From assembly GCA_031253655.1 (NCBI GenBank), contig JAIRVY010000066.1, forward strand, positions 1 to 55,485: a stretch of 55,485 nt of DNA, in the 5' to 3' direction. The DNA is from Bacteroidales bacterium (GTDB lineage Bacteria; Bacteroidota; Bacteroidia; Bacteroidales; WCHB1-69). Under the pieces are notes generated by a model, which worked only from the letters and a program-made list of their open reading frames with translations, did no database searches and had not been told where the DNA came from. Shown here piece after piece: positions 38,201-50,200 of this stretch; the first letter of the stretch is position 1, and every line of letters begins with the position of its first letter. The position numbers and the translations under genes were made by a program.

Positions 38201-41200
38201 GAGGTAACCATTACTTTTGTGGAAACTCCAAGAATGCCCGACATTGAATCGCCGCAATATTTCTGTGGTACACCTACTTTCTATAGCGTGCTTGTGCCTA
38301 CAACCAACATTAAGTGGTATGCCACGTCAACTTCTACGGAAGAATTGCTGATGAGTACCGTATTGAAATCCGCTTCCTACTGGGCTTCCTTATGGATAGG
38401 AGATTGCGAAAGCGAAAGAAAAGAAGTGGTAATTGTGATTGAAGGGGACAATGCTGAATTTGACACAGGAACACAAGACTTCTGCACCGATGAAACTTAT
38501 ATTAAAGATTTAATCGTTACAGGTTGGGGTATTAAATGGTATTCCGACCCGGGTATGGATGACGTCGACGAATTATCGCCTTCCCAACCACTTGAACACA
38601 ACGTAACCTATTATGCCGCAAACACATTGGGAGACTGCAAAGTTCCCAACATAGCTATCACCGTACGTATTTTCGATGCAGTACTTCCACCTGTAATTCC
38701 GCAAACTCCTGTTGTGTTGTGTAACAATATGGGTACTTTGATGTTGAGTTATCTTGAAAGTTATGTTCAGGGGTCCGATTTGATTTGGTACGCCGATGCA
38801 GCGAAGACCAACACGTTGAACCCTGCTGTTACGGCATTAGATCCAACACAGGAGAAGACCTACTGGGTGTCTCACAAGATTGGCGAGTGCGAGAGTGGTT
38901 TGTCTTACATTACGGTAATTTTTATTGACGAGACCGAATTGGCGGCGCCGGTAATACCACCTCACCAATTCTGCGAAGGTGAGGATTATTACCTTACCGA
39001 CGTATTGTTGCCATTAGGCACAACAGTAATCTGGTATGAAGATGAAGGGTTGACCACACTTGTTACCCATCCTGAGTCATTGGTTAATGATGCTGAATAT
39101 TGGGCAACTTTATCTGTTGGTGATTGTGAGAGTGCCGAAGCCACGAAGTTCACTGTAGTAATAGTTCCAATACCTTCTGCCCCTGAAATTACTGCCAACA
39201 AGCAGCAGTTCTGTGAAGGTGCGATGGTGATGAGCCTCAGTACAGCTCCTTATAATTATGAAGATATTCTATGGTACACTTCCCTCACGGACGGTGAGCC
39301 ATTAGATGATGATTATATTCTAACCGGTGGCAACTACTACGCAGCGTTTAAGATAAATGAAGAGTGCGATGATGCCAGAATGTTGGTAACTGTTGAAATT
39401 GTAACCAATGGAGATATGCCGATTGTAGATGAGAAGCAGTTCTGTTTTGAGGCTAAAATCAAGCATTTGGAAGTTGGTGGTTACGGTTTGCGGTGGTTTA
39501 CCGATGCCGCCTTAACCACCACTAAAGAGGTTGGTTTAGAATACCTTTTAGAGAATGATTCTATTTACTATGCAGCGAACACCAACGGACTTTGCAAACT
39601 TATCAGTTATGCGATAAAGGCTAAGATTTACGCTGCTACTCCGGCTCCGTTTGTAACCGTTTCTCCTGTTGAGTTGTGTGAGACGGGCGGTCCTTACTAC
39701 ATTGCTTCTCTTGTACCGTTTGTTCAAGGTTCTAACCTCACGTGGTATAAAGATGCCGCGTTGAGTGAGTTGTTGCCTGCTGACTATGAGTTGCAAGACG
39801 GCGAGATCTACTGGGTAACTCAAACCATTGGCGATTGTGAGAGTGAAGATGCCTCTTTCATTACGGTTAAATTTATTGAAGAGACAGAGATTGCGGCACC
39901 CATTATTCCTGCCCAGCAGTTCTGTCAAGATGAGACTTTCTACCTGTCCGATGTATTGTTGCCTGCGGGAGTAACTGTGGTATGGTATTCCGATGCGGCA
40001 CTGAGCATACCGGTAGATCACCCGGTAGTTTTGGTACATGAAGCCAAATACTGGGCAGTTCGCTCTATTGGTACTTGCGAAAGCACTACGGCTACTGAGT
40101 TCACAGTGATATTTAGCCCGAACCCTGCAGCCCCTGTGTTACTCACTCCTCAACAGTTCTGCGAAGGCGCTATGGTAAGCAGTATCAACACTGCACCTTA
40201 CAACTATGCCGATGTGGTATGGTATGCAACTTCTACAAGCACCACTGCGCTTTCACCCAACCAAATCTTAACCACCGACACCTATTATGCCGCGTTGAAG
40301 ATGAGCGATGATTGCAAAAGCCAAAGAAGAGCTATCATTATTGAGATTGACCCCATAACTACTACCCATACTCCTTATGTTCAAAACTTCTGTGTTCCTG
40401 CAACGATTGCCGATTTGGATATTTACGGTTACGGTGTGAGGTGGTACTCTCACGTAAGTATGGGCGACAGTTATGAATTGCCTTTAATCCATCCATTACG
40501 GCACGATTCCACCTATTATGCTGCCAGCACCAATGGCAATTGCAAGATAGCCACCCGTTCGGTGAAGGTTCATATCTACAAGGATGTTCCCCCGCCAACT
40601 GTGAAATCGGTGGTAGAACTTTGCGACAGAGGAAACTATACGTACACCTTAGAAGATTTGTTGGAATATGTAGTGGAAGATAATGTTACCTGGTATGCTG
40701 AGTTTGACTCGGATGAACCGTTAGATATTACTACGGAATTAGAAAACAATAAAATTTACTGGCTCTCTCAAACCATTACGAAGTGTGAAAGTGGTCGCTC
40801 ATACATTAAAGTGATTTTCAGTGAATACATGATTGTTCCACCGCCGGTAATACAGTCGCCATATCAAGTTTGTTCAAATCTGCTAAATGTGATTAAAGTA
40901 AGCGAAATACCTGTAAATGGTCAAAATATTGTATGGTACAATGCTGCTACAGACGGCAGTGAGATACATCCGGATATGCCGATTTGGCAAAATCCAACTA
41001 CACTTTATGCAGCACGTATGATTGGCGAATGTGAAAGTTCAACCCGTACCCAAGTAATTATTCAATTTACTGCGAATGTTACAATGGTCCCGACGCTTCC
41101 CGATACGCTTTACTTCTGCGAAGGAGCAATGATTAACTCAATTCCAACTAGCGAAGACCTTATTTGGTATGATGAAATGACAGATGGTAATCAGTTGTCG

Positions 41201-44200
41201 GCAAATCATATCTTAGAAAATGAAAAACGCTATTATGCAGCACTCCATATTTATGGAAATTGTATAAGCACAGTAAGAAAAGAGATACTTGTTTACATCA
41301 ATCCTACAGATTATAAATATCCAGAAATTGACCAAATGTTCTGCGATGAAGAGCGGTTTGTGAGCGACTTGGTTGCTACCGGATACGGATTAGAATGGTA
41401 TCTTGTTCCTAATAATTTTGGAACAGCATCACTTGCTTTAGATGTGAAATTGATACACGGAACTACCTATTACGGTGCCAACACAAATGGAAACTGTGCA
41501 TTTACTACTGTGGCAGTGAATGTATCAATTTATAATGGTGTACCTCCGCCAACGATTGCTTCTCCACAAGAATTCTGTATTCTATCGAATAACCACAGTT
41601 TAACATTGGAAGATATTCAGGTAGTTGCGGGCGACAACGTGAAGTGGTACACTTCAATAGATGCTACAGCTCCTCTTGCACCAAATACTATTTTAGAAAA
41701 CAACACACTCTATTGGGCTTCTCAAACTATTGGAACAAGTTGCGAAAGCGAGCGTACTTATGTAAAAATAATCCTCATTCTAAACAAGGTGATTCAACCT
41801 CCGGTAATTGATGATATTTATCTCTGTGAAGATATAAAAGGCGAAATTTCTGTAGGTGATTTACCCACAAACGGAATGAATATCAACTGGTATTATTCTC
41901 AATCTACGGACAATCCGGCATTACCGGACGACAAGATAGATGATGATATTACTCTATATGCTGCGTTAGTGGAAGGCGAGTGTCAAAGCGCAGGTTTAAC
42001 CAAAGTTGAAGTAATTTTTGAAACTACAATTTCTACGAAACCTGAAATTAGAGATACACTTTACTTCTGCGAAGGCGCGATGATTAGCACTATAATTGTT
42101 GACCACAACTTTATTAAGTTGTTCGCAACCGAAACTTCCACTACACCGCTACCGCTGAATACTATATTGGTTAATGATAGGGTGTACTGGGCTGCGTTTG
42201 TGGTTGGTGAAGATTGTATCAGTACTGAAAGAGTACCTGTAAGAATCATTATTGAACCCACAGGCCACTACTACGATGACCTCGTAGAAAACTTCTGCGC
42301 CGGAACTACAATTAGCGACATACATGTAACCGGATATGGCGTAAGGTGGTATCTTGATGCAGATTTGACCAGACCGGTGACAGATGATTACGGACTTTAC
42401 AAGTTAGAACACGATTCTACCTATTATGCTGCCAATACGCATGGCGAGTGTTCTATCATTATCTATGCTGTTAAAGTAACTATTTTCAGCGAAGTACAAC
42501 CACCAACAGTGAAAACACCTACGGAATTGTGCGTAGATGATTTAGAAGCGCCCCACGGACTCACTTTAGCCGATATTTGGGTACAAGGCAACAATATTCA
42601 GTGGTATGCTTCCGAAGAAGGAAATGATGCACTTGACTTAAATGAACCGTTAGTGGATGGTGAAATATATTGGGTAACTCAAACAATTATTGCCTGCGAA
42701 AGCAAACGTTCTTATGTAAAAATAAAATTGTTCGAAAGTACCGATATACCCGCTCCGGAAATCCCAACTGAACAAGAGTTCTGCGATGGTGGTATTTATA
42801 CTATTGCTAACCTGACCGTTCCAACAGGAATGAGAATTGAATGGCGTGATGAAAGTGGTGTTATCTATGCAGACAACACCCCACTTGTTGATGGAGAAAC
42901 TTATTATGCCTACCAAATTGTGGGAGAATGTGAAAGCACAGAACCTACATCGGTTACAGTTACCTTTGTGCCGACAATTACCAATACACTAAATATTGAC
43001 ACCGTACAGGTATTCTGCAAAGGCGCAATGATAAGCAGTATAGTAGTGCCATCGAACAATATTGTTTGGTATGCTGACCAAACCGGTGGATTACCATTGC
43101 CCGATAATACGATTTTGATTGACGGAAAAAAATACTACGCCGAGCTAAAAGTGGGTGGTAGCTGCGTAAGCAACGAAAGAAAAGCAGTTACCATCAAGAT
43201 TAACCCTGAAGATTACCAGTGGTTAGAAGAGATTCAATCCTTCTGCTGGGATGCCTTAGTGGGAGACCTCACAGTGATGGGATGGGGCGTGAAATGGTAT
43301 GAAGATGAAGAATTAACGGTAGGTCCATTAGAATTAACTATCAAGTTGGCACACGATAAAGTATATTATGCAGGAAATACCAACGGCGATTGTAAAATTA
43401 TTGCCGCTGCTGTTACTGCGAAAATATTTACAAATATTATGCCACCAACAGTTCAAACTCCGGTTGAATTGTGTACTACCGGAGGATACCTGTATTCATC
43501 CGATTTAATGTACAACGTGAACGGTATAAACCTCAAATGGTATAAAGATGCATACGGCACTATTCCGTTGGGCAACGACCATTTAGAAGACGGTGAAACC
43601 TACTGGGTATCTCAAACCTACGGCAATAATTGCGAAAGCGGTTTATCTCCAATTATGGTTATCATTAAAGAAAATGTAAATTATCCTGCTCCCGACATTT
43701 CAAGCCCGCAGTATTTCTGCGAAGATGGAGAATATACCTTAGAGGAGATGACCGTGCCGTCGGGTATGAATATTATTTGGTACGATGCTTTTGACAACAT
43801 CTTGCCAGAGACTACAATCTTAGAAGATGGTCAAACTTACTATGCAAGTAGAATTGTGGGCTCTTGCGAAAGCACGCAACGCACTGCTGTGAAAGTAGAA
43901 TTCCAACCTGTAATTGATGTTACACCTCATTTTGATGTGGATGAACTCTTCTTCTGCTACGGCGCTATGATTAGCGATATTGTAACTCCGGTAAATAACG
44001 TGGTGTGGTACTATAATCAGTTTGATAAAGTACCATTGGCAGGCGATCACCTGCTTGAAACACACAAATACTGGGCGACAATCCTTATAGGCGAAGATTG
44101 CGAAAGCACAAGTCGTGTTCCTATGGATATAGTAATTGATCCGGTTGATGATAGCTATCCAACATACGAACAAGAGTTCTGCTCCGGTGCAACTGTTAGC

Positions 44201-47200
44201 CACATCAGTGTTCAAGCGTATGGCGTTCAGTGGTATTTAGACAAAGACCTCATTATTCCTGTACCATTAACCAATGATTTGATTCACAATGCTACCTATT
44301 ATGCAGTGAATGTTAACGGTGACTGTGAAATAATCGGCGTAGCAGTCAAGGTTTATGTATATGATAATGTACTCCCCCCAACTACCCCAACAGTAATTGA
44401 ATTGTGTGTAAATGACATAGAAAACCATACGCTAACTTTGACAAGTTTGCTTAATTATGTTCACGGTACAAATATCAAATGGTATGATTCTGAGGAAGGT
44501 GGCAATGAGTTGCCGTTGAATACTCCTGTTAAAGATGGAACTATTTACTGGCTATCTCAAACATACGGAGCAGAATGTGAAAGTTTTGAACGTTCCTACA
44601 TCAAAGTTCTTCTAAATGAAAATATGAATATTCCTAAACCGGAAATTATCTCCCCAATTGAACTTTGTGCTACATTAAAATATAGTATCAAATTAAGCGA
44701 CTTGCCTGTAAATGGACAGGAATTGCTATGGTTTTTAGATGCTGCCGGAGATATCCCGTTGCTGCCATCGATGATATTAACCAACGACAATAACACATTC
44801 TATGCCAAATTGAAAGTAGGAACGTGCCAAAGCACAGAACTTACTCAAGTGTTAATCAACTTTGTACCGGTAAGTCATTACAAACCGATTGTAGTTACTC
44901 CGCAAAGTTTCTGCCACGGAGCAATGTTGAGCGATATTGTGCTAAAAGATAATGTGATTTGGTATGCTACCCAAACTTCCACAACACCGTTGCCAAGCAA
45001 CACACTGTTAAGTTCGGATACTTATTGGGCAGCCTTACATCTCGGAGGTACTTGCATAAGTACGGAAAGAGTGCCGGTAATAATCAAAATTAATCCTACT
45101 GATTTAACTGTTGATATCAGAGAACAACAGTTCTGCCTCGACGCACTTGTAAGCGACCTTATTACTTCCGGCTATGCCGTTAAATGGTATAAAGAAGTTG
45201 ATTTAATAAATGAAGTGGGTTTGGATGTAAAGTTGAAACACGATTCGGTTTACTATGCTGCCAGCACGAATGGTGAAGATTGCAAACTATTGGTAGATGC
45301 AATCAGAGCAAAGATTTACGACCACGTGCCTCCTCCAACAGTAGAAACACCTTACGAATTGTGCGAACAACAAGGCAATTTAACATTAGCTGATATTAAA
45401 GTACAAGGACAAAATATTAAGTGGTATGATGCCGAAGTGGATGGAAATCTACTACCAATAAATACCTTAGTTGAAGATGGAAAAATCTACTGGGTATCGC
45501 AAACCGTAGGCGTAGGCTGCGAAGGTGGTCGAACGTATGTGAAAGTGAAAATCACAAATATCAACAATGTTCCTGCTCCGGAATTGGAGGATATTGAACT
45601 ATGTGAAAACTTGAAAGGAATCACATTAGGTGAGGTACCTGTGAACGGACTCAATATCGTATGGTATGAAAATGTCGCCGGTACGATTCCGCTATTGGCA
45701 AGCAAAGTAATTAGCACTGACGTTACCTACTATGCGGCATTGAAAGTAGGGGAGTGTGAAAGTACCGAACTTGTTCCTGTGAACATCACTTTTGAGAGTG
45801 AAATTACCAAAACACCTCAAATTGATGACCAAATCTTCTGCTATGGCGCAATGATAAGTGATATTATAGCCCCAACCAACGTGGCGTGGTATTTAGATGA
45901 ATTTGTCGGAGCAAAATTGGAAAGCCACACTATCTTAGAATCTACTACTTATTGGGTTGCTTACGCTTATAGCGCTAATTGCGAAAACAATAATCGCGTT
46001 CCTGTAGAAATTACTGTTGGCATATCCAATGATAATTATTTGTATGAAGAACAAGAGTTCTGCTATGGAGCAGTGGTGGGTGATATAAAAGTGCACGGGT
46101 GGGGTATCAAGTGGTACACCAACCCCGAATTAACAGGCAACCCGTTAGCATTAACCGACCTGTTAATCCACAAAAATACTTACTATGCTGTAAATTCAAA
46201 TGGTGATTGTCAACTGATTCTTGCTGAAATTAAAGTATTTGTATATGAAGACGTGTTACCACCAACAGTTACCAGTCCCTACGAGTTATGCTCATTGGGC
46301 GGCGAACTAACACTGGGACACATCTATGTGCAAGGAACCAATATTCAGTGGTATGCAAGCCAATTTGGAGAAGTTCCGTTGCCGCTCTCTACAGTTATTG
46401 CAGATGGAGTTACCTATTGGGTATCTCAAACTCAGGGCAAAGCCTGCGAAGGTGGACGTTCACCGGTAAAAGTGAAGATTATAGAAAATATGATTCTTCC
46501 CGCGCCGAATGTACCAAATCCACAGCAGTTCTGTAATAACAAAACCTATCACTTATCCGATATTACATTACCTTTGGGAATGGAAATAAAGTGGTATAAC
46601 GCTGCAGGTGCAGAACTGCCGCTGAGTACGGAGCTAACAAACAACACTATCTATTATGCGTCTCAAGTAAACGGCGAATGCGAAAGTGCAGAAAGAACGC
46701 CAGTGCTCATACAATTAGTAACTGTGGTTACCAATAATCCTGATGTAATATCACCGCAGAATTTCTGCAACGGCGCGTTAATAAGTGACATTAAGGTAGG
46801 CACAAACAACATTCTCTGGTACCTCGAACCATCAGGTGGACAACCACTTGACCAGGATACACAGTTAAAAACCGGCATCTATTATGCATCGCTTATAACT
46901 GCCGAAGAGTGCGCAAGCACAGCACGCAAATCTATTCATATCTATATTAACCCCGAAATCCAACTCTTCGATACTACTCATCAGGTGTTCTGCTACGGAG
47001 CTTATGTCAACGACCTGAAAGCAACCGGTTATAATGTGAACTGGTACACAGACAGGAATTTGACCGAAGAATCGAAAGTGAGTCTTGGTGACCTCATACA
47101 ACACGGAACCATTTACTATGCCGCCAGCACAAATGGCGATTGCAGAGTTATTGAAGTAGCCGTGAGGGTAAGCGTGTATGAACATGTTTCTCCGCCAAAT

Positions 47201-50200
47201 GTAAGCAGCCCGTATGAATTATGCTCGATGGGAGGTCAATTTATTCTGGCAGATATATTTGTACAAGGCGAAAATATCACATGGTACTTAACCGAAGACT
47301 CAGAAGAACCACTACCGCTCAACACACAAATTTTCGATGGAGACGTGTTCTGGGTATCTCAAATGTTTGCTACCTGCGAAGGAGGACGTTCTTATGTGAA
47401 AGTAATAATCAAAAATAACCTGATTATTCCTGCTCCCGAAGTAATAACTCTACAATATTTCTGCGAAACAGGTACATACCACATCCACGATCTGATTGTG
47501 CCAATCGGAAAGAACATTGTGTGGTATAACGAAACAGGAGACTTATTGTCTGCTGATACAGAATTAGCAGAAGGCGTAACTTATTACGCTGCCGAAAGGG
47601 TAGGAGAGTGCGAAAGCGCAGAACGTACCCCCGTTACCGTAACATTCGACGAACTTCTCAAGATTGTATTGACAATTCCCGACCAGGGATTCTGCGACGG
47701 CGCAGTAATTGGTGATATTATCGTTCCTTACGAAAACATCAAGTGGTATTACAACTTTGAAGATATTACTCCTTTGAGCAAAATTGAAAGATTGTTGTCC
47801 CATACTTTCTTTGCAGAAATAGATTGTGATGACAACTGTGCAGTTACAGAACGTGTTCCGGTGGTAATTACTATCGGACAACCGAGTGTGGTTGCTACTG
47901 ATGCCGAACAAAACTTCTGTGAAGGTCAGTTTCTTATTGAAGACCTGAAAGTATTTGGCTTCGGTGTTACCTGGTATCCAACACCAAATTCAAACGTACC
48001 GTTGGATATCAAGACGCAGTTAGTACACGGAAATACCTACTATGCCGTAAATAAAAACGGGAATTGCGAAAGCGAAGAGCGCGTTGCAGTAACGGTATTT
48101 ATTTACGAACATATTGCTCCGCCAACTGTAGAATCACCGTTGAAATACTGTGTATCTACTAATCCCGGACTAACAGTAGAAGACTTGAAAGTATTATCAG
48201 GTGTGAATATCAGGTGGTATGATCAGGAGTTTGAAGGCAACGAACTGCCTCTCAACCACAAATTGATTGACGGTGGTATCTATTGGGCATCTCAAACGAT
48301 GGCGTACTGTGAAGGTCCCCGCTCATTTGTGAAAGTTGAGTTTGATCCCGATATGGTAGTGCCCGCGCCAAATATTCCTTCTCCACAACTATTCTGCAAC
48401 TTGGGAGGAACAACCTTAGGCGACCTTGTGAATATGAATCAAGACCTGTTGTGGTATTTCAATGAAAACGACATCATCCCAATGTCGCCCTCAATACCTG
48501 TAATCAACGGGCACATTTACTATGTATCCCAAAAAGTAGGCGAGTGCGAAAGTACTGAGCGTACCCCCGTGTTAGCTATATTCAGCAACGTTATTAGCAT
48601 TACTGTTGAAATACCGCCACAGGCTTTCTGCTACGGCGCATTGTTGAGCGACATCGTTACTCCGTACCAAAACATTGTTTGGTACGAAACAATGACCTCT
48701 ACACAGCCATTGCCGATAAACACGCAGCTCAAAACCAAGATCTATTACGCTGCAATGAAAGTAGGCGAGTGCATCAGCACCATTAGAATACCTGTACCGG
48801 TTACAATCGGAATACCTTCCAACGTGATTACTGATGAATATCAAAACTTCTGTGGAAGCGCAATTATTGCCGACCTGTTTGCCATAGGATTTGGTGTGAA
48901 ATGGTACGAGTCTCTTGAGGCTACCGAACAATTGCCATTAGACCACCCGTTAGTTGACGGTGGTACGTACTGGGCAGTGCAAAGCAACGAAGATTGCGAA
49001 AGCAACCGCGTGGCAGTTCTTGTAACCATCTATTCTGTACCCGAACCACCCGAAATGTTGGATGATGTTGCGGCTGCTAAGTGCGAAGGTGAGACCATTA
49101 CAGTTGAGTATCTGCTCGGTTTGATTAATAATGAAGGATACGATTATGTAATCTATGTGGATGAGGCGTGCAAAATGAAACTCACATGGGATATTATTAC
49201 GGATCTATCGGTAGCATCTTCCCATACTTTCTATGTAATGGCTTACCATCAGGGAACTAACTGCTCGCACAGCGTAGAAGACGCCTTGAAGATAGTGGTA
49301 GTAGTGAATCCGCGTCCAGAACCACCGGTTATTATTACAGGTTCTCTGCTTAGCGTTTGCGATGGCGAAGTGATTACCCAAGAATGGTTAGAAACTTTCA
49401 TTTCTTATAACAATGCAGAAGTAATCGTTGAGTTCTATCTCGATCCGGCTTGCACGATTCCGTTTGCTAATATCACTACAAATTATGCCATTGCAACTTA
49501 TCATCAAATCTATGTAATTGCAAGAAACATAACTACCGGCTGCGCTACCAATGCAGAAGACGCATTAGTAATGACCGTGATTGTAAATCCACGTCCAAAT
49601 GCTCCTATTGAAATACCCTACGCAAACGCAAGCGTTTGCTCCGGCGAATGGATTACCGAAGCCAAACTATACAGCTTAATCTATTATGATCCTTTACAAG
49701 TTAATGTAGAGTTTTATTTGGATCCGGAGTGCACCATTCCTTTCGAACCAATCCTTACCGACTATGCCGAGGCAATATCGCACAAAGTGTATGTAATTGC
49801 CAGAAGTATGGCTACCGGCTGTGTTACCTTTGCAAAAGATGCCTTAGAATTGACCATCACTGTGAATCCGCTACCGGAAGCACCCGAAATTGAGGATAAT
49901 GCCATCCCTGCAGTTTGCGATGGCGATATCATTACGATAGGAACCTTGCTTACATTCATCAAATACAACCCCGCTTTAGTAACCGTAGAGTTTTATTTAG
50001 ATAAAAATCTGAATATTCCGTTTACTAATATCCAAACCAACTATGCTGTGGCTACCTACCACACTATCTATGTAGTTGCAAAAGACAAAATTACGGGCTG
50101 TGTAACCGCTACTGAAGATGCATTGGAATTGATAGTGCAGGTTGACCCGCTACCGGTAATGGAAATGCACAACCTCATCTATTGCGATGGAGAAGATGTG

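Noticed and set aside
30287-49039. Highly periodic DNA that could be taken for a CRISPR array, satellite or other non-coding tandem repeat
   Set aside because: The periods are ~235 and ~940 nt, far larger than CRISPR repeat-spacer units. The copies are diverged at nucleotide level while conserving amino-acid motifs in a single open frame. No short identical direct repeats are present. This is a protein-coding repeat array.
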